From Candidatus Bathyarchaeota archaeon (GTDB taxonomy: Archaea > Thermoproteota > Bathyarchaeia > Bathyarchaeales > Bathycorpusculaceae), in contig CAVYRJ010000014.1 in assembly GCA_963770935.1 (NCBI GenBank), positions 61,807 to 125,806 on the forward strand: 64,000 nucleotides of DNA, given 5' to 3'. The notes under the pieces are model-generated. The model ran no database searches. It saw only the letters and a program-made list of their open reading frames with translations, and was not told where the DNA came from. Positions within the stretch are counted from its first letter, which is position 1. Each line of letters starts with the position of its first letter. This document shows, piece by piece, positions 56,533 through 64,000 of the stretch. The translations under genes and the position numbers were made by a program.

Positions 56533-57596
56533 CAGATTCTTGGTACTGGGTCGCCCACTGGCTTGGCAATTATTCTTTTGCCACCAACCAAGGTTTGCAT
56601 TGCGACCCCTTTGAATTGTTTGGTGGTTTCGCCAATTATTTGGGCATCCACGCCTTCTGCTGTTTGCTTTAGAAACTGCTGGATTTCCTGGGCTTTTTCC
56701 GGGACTACACCAATTATGATTTTGCCCTCGTTTCCGACTTCCATCGGGTCCAATCCGAGCATTTCGCAAGCAACCTGTACGTCTTGGTGGATGGGAACTT
56801 TGTCTTCTTGAATCAGGATGCCAACTTTGGATTTTTCTGTCCACTCATTTAGGGCATCAGCTAAGCCGCCTCGGGTAGGGTCTTTCATAGCGACAACTCC
56901 ACCAACTTTTCCCAACAAATTTTGCATCATGCGGTTAAGCGGCTTCACATCTGACTTGATTTCGCTGCCAAACTTCAAGCCCTGCTGTGCCGAGAGCACT
57001 GCCAAACCATGGTCCCCGATGGTTCCTGACAGGATGATTTTGTCGCCTTCGACAAGATTGGAGTCAAGTGTCCAGCGAGTTTTAAGTTCCCGATATTTCC
57101 TGACTGTTTGTAGATTGCTCTCTAATGCTGGGGTTCTTTTGCCGATGCCTGAAACATTCATAACGCAGCCGCCTAAACTGCCTTTTTCGACTACTTTTGT
57201 ATCGCCGGTAACTATGCCTACGCCAGCTTCGATGCACGTTTGCCGCATGCTTGCCAATATTTTCTCTAAATCACTTATAGCTAAACCTTCTTCCAAGATC
57301 AAGCCACAAGCCAACGCATAAGGCTCAGCTCCTAAACATGAAATATCGTTAACGGTACCTGAAATCGATAAGCGCCCGATGTCGCCGCCTGGGAAAAATA
57401 TGGGTTTAACAGCGTGGGAATCACTTTTGAAGACCATGTCGCCGATGACTGCTGCATCATCCATTGCTTCTAATGGGACTTCTGCTTCGTAGCCCAGACC
57501 GCCAAAATACTTCACAATGTGGTTCTTGACTAAATCGTGCATTACTGAGCCGCCGGCACCATGCAGCATAGTGATTTTTTCGTTTTTGTCTGACAT
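56529..57596 (-). CDS. hypE: Hydrogenase maturation protein HypE
   Basis: HGAGG, FPGGDIGRL, TGDTKVV, DPTRGG, C-terminal PRIC. Confidence 0.96.
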   Translation of the reverse strand: MSDKNEKITMLHGAGGSVMHDLVKNHIVKYFGGLGYEAEVPLEAMDDAAVIGDMVFKSDSHAVKPIFFPGGDIGRLSISGTVNDISCLGAEPYALACGLILEEGLAISDLEKILASMRQTCIEAGVGIVTGDTKVVEKGSLGGCVMNVSGIGKRTPALESNLQTVRKYRELKTRWTLDSNLVEGDKIILSGTIGDHGLAVLSAQQGLKFGSEIKSDVKPLNRMMQNLLGKVGGVVAMKDPTRGGLADALNEWTEKSKVGILIQEDKVPIHQDVQVACEMLGLDPMEVGNEGKIIIGVVPEKAQEIQQFLKQTAEGVDAQIIGETTKQFKGVAMQTLVGGKRIIAKPVGDPVPRIC

Positions 57597-57687
57597 AATG
57601 TTCTGGTTCCTGATTGAGTTGCACTAGCATACTCTAGAAGGTCAAAAATAAACAAATCGCACTGCAGATCATCTTCAATCTGAAAGG

Positions 57688-58248
57688 TTACCGAGGTATA
57701 CTATCACTCAACGAAGTCATGTGTATGAGAAAATCGGTGATTTTTGTTTGGTTTGTTGCTAGGAGCAGTTGGATTGTGTTTGTTTGTCCGCTTGCTAAAA
57801 CTAACGCTGTTTCATCTGATGATGACACAGAAAAATCGGATTGTGATAGATTTATTGTGGGAATGCTCACATCATTGTCTAGCAGGGTTGCCTTTAGATG
57901 TATGTAGGCAGTGCCGTCGATTGGTGCTGTCTGTGTTCCAGTTGACGGCGGCGGGTTCTCGCTTGAATAATCATTGCGGAGCGTGAGCTCAATTGTGTAG
58001 AGATGGCTTCCTTTGGCTATTTGCTGTCCATCTTCTGACGTATATGTTTGGTTGATAAGCGTGGAGGTTGAGGATGAGGAAATCATGTAAATTTTGCTCT
58101 CGCTTCCCTTATAAGTGAGGTAGCGTGGTGTAGTTTCATCTGTTTTTGGAGCAGCCAAACCACCCAAAAACAAAACAAAAAGAGCTGAAAAAGCTGAGAG
58201 TAGAAGCAAAATTATTCCTGCAATTACTGCAATTTTTTTTCGCTTCAC
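57688..58248 (-). CDS. Hypothetical membrane-anchored exported protein
   Basis: KRKK plus N-terminal TM; beta-rich body with TLRNDY; 20 bp downstream of the 1033-aa gene. Confidence 0.65.
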   Translation of the reverse strand: MKRKKIAVIAGIILLLLSAFSALFVLFLGGLAAPKTDETTPRYLTYKGSESKIYMISSSSTSTLINQTYTSEDGQQIAKGSHLYTIELTLRNDYSSENPPPSTGTQTAPIDGTAYIHLKATLLDNDVSIPTINLSQSDFSVSSSDETALVLASGQTNTIQLLLATNQTKITDFLIHMTSLSDSIPR

Positions 58249-58268
58249 TGCAAATCAGTCTTCCATCT

Positions 58269-61200
58269 CTATCTTTCTTTAACGTATAATGCTGTGGTTC
58301 CCCTCAAAACAACCCTTGCAAACGAATGATAACTTCCGTTGGGTCCTTGCTCTTCAGAGAAGAACGTTAAATGCACCACGCGTCCAATCTCCGGTTTCCC
58401 ATTAACTAAGTTCACGATGTCGTAGGTTTTTATTTTGTCAGTCATCCTTTGTGGGTCAAAAGTGTATTGGAACGTGCCGTTATTGACTTGTAGGATCCCT
58501 TCTTCTAAGACTGCGCCTGGAATAATAGCTGCGTAATAGACTTTGGAAGAAGTAGTGTTTCCCGTAATGTTAAGCCCAGTTGTAGGTGAAAAAGTCTGTC
58601 TAGCTGTCATGTTGAGCTTCATTCCACTCGCTGGGGCTGGTCCATTTTCAAGCACGAATACCCAACCTCCTTCACTGGGCATGCCGGGTACTCTGCCTTG
58701 AGTGTTATTCCACGTTGCAGTCACGTTATAAACCCATAACCCTGCTTTATCTAAGAGCCACTTGTCTACAGCTACAAAGTAACCGTATTGGTCACCGCTG
58801 CCTGTCGTAGCAAAGGTTGTACCGTTTGGTGCGGTTAGGGTAAAGTGTACGTTGCATGGAACCACAGGGTCAATCTGCAGCACAGCACCGAAGGTTGCGC
58901 CAACGGAGTAAACCATTCCAGGTCGCAGGGGCGTTAGGAAGAATCGAGCAGGAATCCCGTCGGGGCTTGGCAAATCCTCATTTCCCGGTCCTATTATGCG
59001 GTTGTTGTTGGTGCCTTTGGGCAGTATGAAGGCGCTAGCTTGGTAACCTGCATACGCCGGCTTTTGACCGTTGTTTCTTAAAACAACCCCACCCAATAGG
59101 CGGTAGATGTCTCCAGGTAAGTCTCCGTTGTTTGAGGCGCTTATTTGTCCGCCGAAAGTATTGGGGCTGGTAGGCCAATAGGGTGCACGAATGTTGTCGT
59201 GGGAAACGATGAACCTAGAGTTAAATCCTGGTCTTGGGGCTGAACCGTAGAAGTATTGTAGGTCGGTTATGTATTCTGGGAACATTTCTGGGGATAAACC
59301 GTTGCTTGTTTTAATTATGGTATTGGATCTGCCTATGGTCTGCAAGGTTGAGTTGTAGGTTGCATTGCTCCCTTTCACCATATAAGTTAACACAGGCTCG
59401 ATTTTGTTAGAACCTTGCTGCTCACTTGCAATCAAGAGAACATCATAGGAGTTGTAGGGGAAATTAATGTGGTCCAGCACAGAAGTGCCATTTGGTAGAG
59501 TATATCCTTCCCAACGCTTTTGGCCGCGGTCTGCAATAACTCCTCCAGGAAGACTAATCTTCTTTCCATGAGCTTCAATTGAAGAATCCAATGGGTACAC
59601 AACTCCTGCATGTCGCATTGCCGAAACCCAAAGCGTGCCTTGAGTGTCCCAGTAAGTGGCAATTACAGTTGCATAATATTCTCCTGGCGCAGTTAATGGG
59701 AGTGGTTTTAGTCCTTGTGCTGCCCCGAAAATTCCACCAGATGTAGCTTGCCCAGTCGAAACGACTGTGGATATGTTGTTAGGGTCAGAGTCGAAGTAGA
59801 GGGATGCTTTGACGGTTACGTTGGCTGCCACTGGAGGGTTGAACGCCATATCCCGTCCATAACGGTTTCCAACATTGTAAGGTTGTCCCTGAAAAGTCGC
59901 CGTAGCCAAAGTCAAGCGTTCTGCAATCCAGAAGGAGTAGTTTCCGCCGCCTTCATAGCGGTTACCCCATGCGTCTTCAATCCAGCCTTTAGCCTCAATT
60001 GTATAGTTCCCGTATGTTGGTGGTTTCCAAGCGGTGAAGCTAGAGTTTTTGGTGGTTGCTCCGTTGCCTCTTCGGGCTAAAAAGATAGCTGTCCCCAAAT
60101 CTTTGACTGTTCCATTCGGATAAGTTATCTTCACTGACCAGTTTCCATGGTCGTAGCGCCATGGAATGTTGCGCTGGGAGTTAGCATTGTCTAAAAGGAA
60201 TGTCGGCTCCAAATTATAAGTTAACGCTGTGCCACTTGAGCTAAAACGGGGCAGGATGATTTCGTCATGGATTAAGTTGCGTGGGGAAATTGCTACTTTG
60301 CTTTCATCTTCTTTGGCTACTACGCCTCGATAACCATTAGAGTTGTAATCCCAAAGGAGCGCCCAATAGCTTCTGCGATTAATCTGCGAACCATCAATCC
60401 ACTTTCCAGCGGCGTTAATTCCACTTGCAGGTATTGGCGGCGAGAAAACACATGAAACATTGTTTAAGTCTTTAGGTCTCCCTCCTATGCTGTCGCTGTT
60501 GAAGTTGTACCTGCTGCTACCAGATTTGAAGCCGAAATCCAGCTTTAATCTATAGATTCCAGGAGGCAGGTTCTGGGGCAAGGTAAAGTTAGTCAATAAC
60601 TTTCCAGAATATAGTTGTCCACTGCTGTCAAGCGAAAAATTGGCTATTGGCACCTCAACCATCACATCTACAGGTGTTTTCTGGGTGTATCCTGTGTAAC
60701 TGGAGACTGATGCACTGCCGCCTCCCTCGATTGGGAGCCCTGAAGGTGTGAGGATGGTGGAGACTGATTCATCCCATGGAGTGTGCTGGTATCCTAAAGG
60801 ATCAAAATCTCTCTCTGCAGTTAAGAGAAGACATGTGCTGTTAACTTTTGGATAGGTGAGTTTGAAATTACTCAACAATTCCTGAGAGTAATTGAGTGCA
60901 GCTGCAATCCTAACCTTTGTGCCAGCAGTCCACGTGGGCGGAGCGATCTCAAAGCTTGTTGACCAGTTGCCGTTTGCAGCGTGTGAGGCTGTTTGAAGTT
61001 TTACTTTTTGGTTGTCGGTTAAATCATCCAGCAGACCAACCGGCTGAGGAGTTGGAATAGGCGTAGGTGTCGGCGCAGGTGTGGGTGTAGGTTGCGGATT
61101 GTAGGCTGTTTGTGTAGGTTGCGGAGTATAGGATGGTTGTGAACTGGTAGGCTTGGGAGATGCAGTAGGCGAAGGCATGGTTGGTTGTTGAGTTATTGAG

Positions 61201-61370
61201 GGTTCAGTTGTTGAAGTAGGTGTTGGAGAAGGATTATCGGGCGTGCTAGTTTGGCTAGGTAAAAAAGCGGTTAAGTATATGCCGACTGATAAGGACGCAG
61301 TTAAAACTGCGATTAGTGCCACTGCTAAGATTGTTTTACTAGCAACTGAACTGAAAAACAGCCATTTCAC
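58269..61370 (-). CDS. Large exported protein of unknown function with Pro/Thr-rich stalk
   Basis: N-terminal TM, then a PTPTPAPTPTP linker, then ~920 aa rich in G/P/Y/N with many N-glycosylation sequons. Intact frame. Confidence 0.85.
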   Translation of the reverse strand: MKWLFFSSVASKTILAVALIAVLTASLSVGIYLTAFLPSQTSTPDNPSPTPTSTTEPSITQQPTMPSPTASPKPTSSQPSYTPQPTQTAYNPQPTPTPAPTPTPIPTPQPVGLLDDLTDNQKVKLQTASHAANGNWSTSFEIAPPTWTAGTKVRIAAALNYSQELLSNFKLTYPKVNSTCLLLTAERDFDPLGYQHTPWDESVSTILTPSGLPIEGGGSASVSSYTGYTQKTPVDVMVEVPIANFSLDSSGQLYSGKLLTNFTLPQNLPPGIYRLKLDFGFKSGSSRYNFNSDSIGGRPKDLNNVSCVFSPPIPASGINAAGKWIDGSQINRRSYWALLWDYNSNGYRGVVAKEDESKVAISPRNLIHDEIILPRFSSSGTALTYNLEPTFLLDNANSQRNIPWRYDHGNWSVKITYPNGTVKDLGTAIFLARRGNGATTKNSSFTAWKPPTYGNYTIEAKGWIEDAWGNRYEGGGNYSFWIAERLTLATATFQGQPYNVGNRYGRDMAFNPPVAANVTVKASLYFDSDPNNISTVVSTGQATSGGIFGAAQGLKPLPLTAPGEYYATVIATYWDTQGTLWVSAMRHAGVVYPLDSSIEAHGKKISLPGGVIADRGQKRWEGYTLPNGTSVLDHINFPYNSYDVLLIASEQQGSNKIEPVLTYMVKGSNATYNSTLQTIGRSNTIIKTSNGLSPEMFPEYITDLQYFYGSAPRPGFNSRFIVSHDNIRAPYWPTSPNTFGGQISASNNGDLPGDIYRLLGGVVLRNNGQKPAYAGYQASAFILPKGTNNNRIIGPGNEDLPSPDGIPARFFLTPLRPGMVYSVGATFGAVLQIDPVVPCNVHFTLTAPNGTTFATTGSGDQYGYFVAVDKWLLDKAGLWVYNVTATWNNTQGRVPGMPSEGGWVFVLENGPAPASGMKLNMTARQTFSPTTGLNITGNTTSSKVYYAAIIPGAVLEEGILQVNNGTFQYTFDPQRMTDKIKTYDIVNLVNGKPEIGRVVHLTFFSEEQGPNGSYHSFARVVLRGTTALYVKER

Positions 61371-61757
61371 TTTTTTCGCCTTATAATAGTTGCTGCCTAC
61401 AGCTTTTAAATTTTTGTAAAAAAAACACCCAGTAATTTTGACCCATTTTTCAATTTTTTTTGTCTCTTAAAAGTGTTTTTGAAATAGACTAACCCCTAAT
61501 GATGAAAAAGACCCTGCTCTTTAGGCAATTGAAAGAACAAAAATCCCCTGATAGGAATTAGTTTGCTTTTTTATTAGAGGGTTTCTTGGGTAAACTATAA
61601 AAGCCTAAATGCAATCCAAAAACTGTACACCTCACGCGTTCGAATAGTTCCCTCGCAGGAACACCCACTTAATCTGTTAAGAGTAAAATCTTAGTTGTGA
61701 TACGGAAAGCCATATAAATTGCTTTTACGTGTTTGAATGCGCACTGGAGAAATTATA

Positions 61758-62243
61758 ATGCCAAAATGGGGATACTCAATAATTGAAGAAATGCTCAATC
61801 CAGAAAAAACAGCGAAAGCAAGCGGAAGAGAACTCAAAGTATCCCATAAAGCCGCACGTGAAATTTGCAAAGCTGTTAAAGGCATGAATCTTGTTCAATC
61901 TAAAGAATTTCTTCGAGACGTATTGGTCAAGAAAAAACCTGTTCCATACACAAGGTACACTAAGAAGCTAGGACACAAAGGCGGAATGGATGGCAGATGC
62001 GTGGGGAGATTTCCCATAAAAGCTGCCGAGCAAATCCTCCACGTTATAGAAGCAGCCCAAGCCAACGCAGAAAACAAAGGCTTAGACGTTGACCGCCTTC
62101 GCATAATGCATGCAGCGGCCTATCAAGGGATCAAACTTAAGCGTTTCACACCAAGAGCACATGGCAGAGCTTCACCAAAATTCGATAAAACCACACACGT
62201 CGAAATCGTTCTAGAAGAGAAACCGACCCAAGGAGAGCAATAA
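61758..62243 (+). CDS. rpl22: 50S ribosomal protein uL22
   Basis: AKASGREL.VSHKAAREIC, GRFPIKAA, NAENKGLD, PRAHGRA. Confidence 0.96.
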   Translation: MPKWGYSIIEEMLNPEKTAKASGRELKVSHKAAREICKAVKGMNLVQSKEFLRDVLVKKKPVPYTRYTKKLGHKGGMDGRCVGRFPIKAAEQILHVIEAAQANAENKGLDVDRLRIMHAAAYQGIKLKRFTPRAHGRASPKFDKTTHVEIVLEEKPTQGEQ

Positions 62244-62987
62244 ATGAGCATAGTTAAACGTTTTATTACAGAATCAATGAAAAGAACAGAAATAGATGAG
62301 TTTTTACAGAAAAAGCTTGAACGCGCAGGATACGGCGGAGTAAACCTGTCCAAAACACCACTGGGCACACACGTGGTAGTTTATGCTATGCGTCCAGGCT
62401 TAGTTATAGGCAGAGGCGGAGAAACAATCAAAGAACTCGCCTCAGCCCTTGAGCAAAACTTCAAAGTTTCCAATCCACAAATTTCCGTTTCAGAAATCGA
62501 AGTTCCAGAATTCAACGCCCATGTAGTTGCAAACCGCGTTGCCTCAGCCCTTGAACGAGGAGTCCACTTTAGACGCGCAGGTTTCTGGGCACTTAACCAA
62601 GTTATGGAAGCAGGCGCATTGGGCGCTGAAATAGTAATCAGCGGCAAACTCACAACTGAGCGAGCACGCTTCGAAAAATTCAAAGCAGGTCACTTCCCAA
62701 TAGTCGGAGAGCCAGCATTAAAAGCCATGAAAACAGCCGACGCACACATCCAACTAAAACCAGGCATAATCGGAGTACGAGTAAAAATCATGCCTCCAGA
62801 CGCGTACTTCCCAGACAAAGTAACAATCATAGAGCCCGCTCTAGAAGAAGAACAAGTAACCGTTCCAAAACCAGTACCTGCACCACCACCAGTACCAGTT
62901 GAGCCAAAAGCTGAAGCAGAGCCAGAACCAGAAGTGCAAACAAAAGAAGTAACTGATGAACCAAAACCTGAGGAGACAAAACAGTAA
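62244..62987 (+). CDS. rps3: 30S ribosomal protein uS3
   Basis: RAGYGG, RPGLVIGRGG, LERGVHFRRA, ISGKL..ERAR. Confidence 0.97.
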   Translation: MSIVKRFITESMKRTEIDEFLQKKLERAGYGGVNLSKTPLGTHVVVYAMRPGLVIGRGGETIKELASALEQNFKVSNPQISVSEIEVPEFNAHVVANRVASALERGVHFRRAGFWALNQVMEAGALGAEIVISGKLTTERARFEKFKAGHFPIVGEPALKAMKTADAHIQLKPGIIGVRVKIMPPDAYFPDKVTIIEPALEEEQVTVPKPVPAPPPVPVEPKAEAEPEPEVQTKEVTDEPKPEETKQ

Positions 62988-63280
62988 TGCGTGTAAAAGA
63001 AATCAATGCCCTTTCAGCTGAGGATAGCGCAAAAAAACTTGCTGATTTACGGGTAGAACTAGCGCGATTCAGAACCATGGTTAATGCAGGTGGCGCTGTA
63101 GAGAACCCTACAAAAATAAGGGAACTGCGTAGAACTATCGCTCAAATACTAACCATCCAAAACGAGAAGAAATTGGGAATCAGGCAAGCAGCTGAAGAGG
63201 AAAAACAAGAAAAGAAAGCTGAAAAACAAGCCAAAGTACCCAAAGCTAAAAAACCCGCTAAGGAGACCCCCTCCAAATGA
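62987..63280 (+). CDS. rpl29: 50S ribosomal protein uL29
   Basis: GGAVENPTKIRELRRTIAQILT. Confidence 0.95.
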   Translation: MRVKEINALSAEDSAKKLADLRVELARFRTMVNAGGAVENPTKIRELRRTIAQILTIQNEKKLGIRQAAEEEKQEKKAEKQAKVPKAKKPAKETPSK

Positions 63281-63558
63281 AAGTAACTCCAGATATCATC
63301 CGCTACGAGTTAATTGGCACTCAAGCAAAAATCGCCCAAAGTGTCCACGCAGGCTATCTGGGACTAGCTGGTCCAGTGGTAGCTGAAACAAAAAACACCT
63401 TAACTCTAATTCATCAGGGTCAGCCTAAAAGCGTAATAAAAGACTTGGCAACTTTCGACTTTAGTTTCGGAGACGGAACAACAGTTGAGGTTGACGGTTC
63501 GCTTTTGGTCGGCAGATCTGAAGACAGGTTAAAGAAAACAGTGAAGAGGTTATGGTAA
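63277..63558 (+). CDS. rnp1: RNase P protein component 1 (Pop4/Rpp29)
   Basis: ELIG...G.VVAETKNTL...VDGSLLVGRSEDRLK; conserved operon position. Confidence 0.9.
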   Translation: MKVTPDIIRYELIGTQAKIAQSVHAGYLGLAGPVVAETKNTLTLIHQGQPKSVIKDLATFDFSFGDGTTVEVDGSLLVGRSEDRLKKTVKRLW

Positions 63559-63559
63559 T

Positions 63560-63879
63560 ATGTCAATGACTTTCAAGAAACCAAAAAAGACCTGTGACGA
63601 CCGTAATTGTCCATTCCATGAACACTAGCCGTCCGCGGACGTGTACTGGAAGGAATCGTTCACACATCAAAGATGGATAAAACCGTTATCGTTGACAGAG
63701 AATTCCTTCAATTCTCATCAAAATTTGTACGCTACGAAAGACGACATGGTCACATCCCATCACATAACCCTCCATGCATCGACGTTAAGGAAGGAGACCG
63801 CGTAAAGATCGCAGAGTGCCGACCAGTCAGCAAAACTGTTTCATTTGTTGTTGTAGAAAAATTAGGAGAGGAAAAGTAA
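63560..63879 (+). CDS. rps17: 30S ribosomal protein uS17; frameshift near 63620
   Basis: KTCDDRNCPFH, VRGRVLEG, MDKTV, YERR...HNPPCI, ECRPVSKT. Confidence 0.93.
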
Positions 63880-63880
63880 A

Positions 63881-64000
63881 ATGTGTGCGGCGAAAGCGAA
63901 ACAGAGAGCACTCGTATCGAAAGGAATGCTTCAGCACGGCAAAAAATTAGCCGTGGACTTTTAGCAGGCTCCGAACTACGATGTACCGATAACACGGGCG
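63881..64000 (+). CDS. rpl14: 50S ribosomal protein uL14, N-terminal part (truncated by window end)
   Basis: ISRGLLAGSELRCTDNTG resembles the archaeal L14 N-terminus; follows rps17. Confidence 0.75.

Noticed and set aside
61040-61250. Low-complexity GTAGG/GGTGT repeats
   Set aside because: They encode the Pro/Thr linker of the 1033-aa protein.

Overview
Archaeal chromosomal DNA, most consistent with Bathyarchaeia (TACK). Evidence: archaeal r-proteins, RPA and Rnp1; Ig-fold surface proteins with a C-terminal TM plus basic tail; REC-PAS kinases. The taxon is inferred from gene content, not from a search. In order the window holds: a surface protein and a membrane-tethered wHTH regulator module; ilvD and a leuA/cimA-family gene; small accessory genes including a Cys-repeat protein; an ~18.7 kb tetrapyrrole and anaerobic cobalamin cluster (hemABCDL, cobA, sirC, a domain-swapped amidotransferase, cbiX-C, cbiDETLFGH, cbiO, a CbiM-N-Q triple fusion, a divergent regulator); RPA and hsp20; a four-histidine-kinase cluster; tRNA-Met with a 45/46 intron; a B12 radical SAM gene bracketed by tRNA-Pro-derived repeats; a second B12 radical SAM gene; an AT-rich gap followed by an MraZ/AbrB-like gene with six 10-bp direct repeats upstream; an acyl-CoA ligase; hypFCD/hypE; a 1033-aa unknown exported protein; and rpl22-rps3-rpl29-rnp1-rps17-rpl14. 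Many genes (especially 8-24 kb, but also rps17) carry single-base frameshifts that look like assembly indels, so joined coordinates are approximate. Best leads: the MraZ-like protein with its 10-bp repeat array, the tRNA-Pro-bracketed radical SAM cassette, the CbiMNQ fusion with its palindrome-associated regulator, and the (Cx3)n repeat protein.
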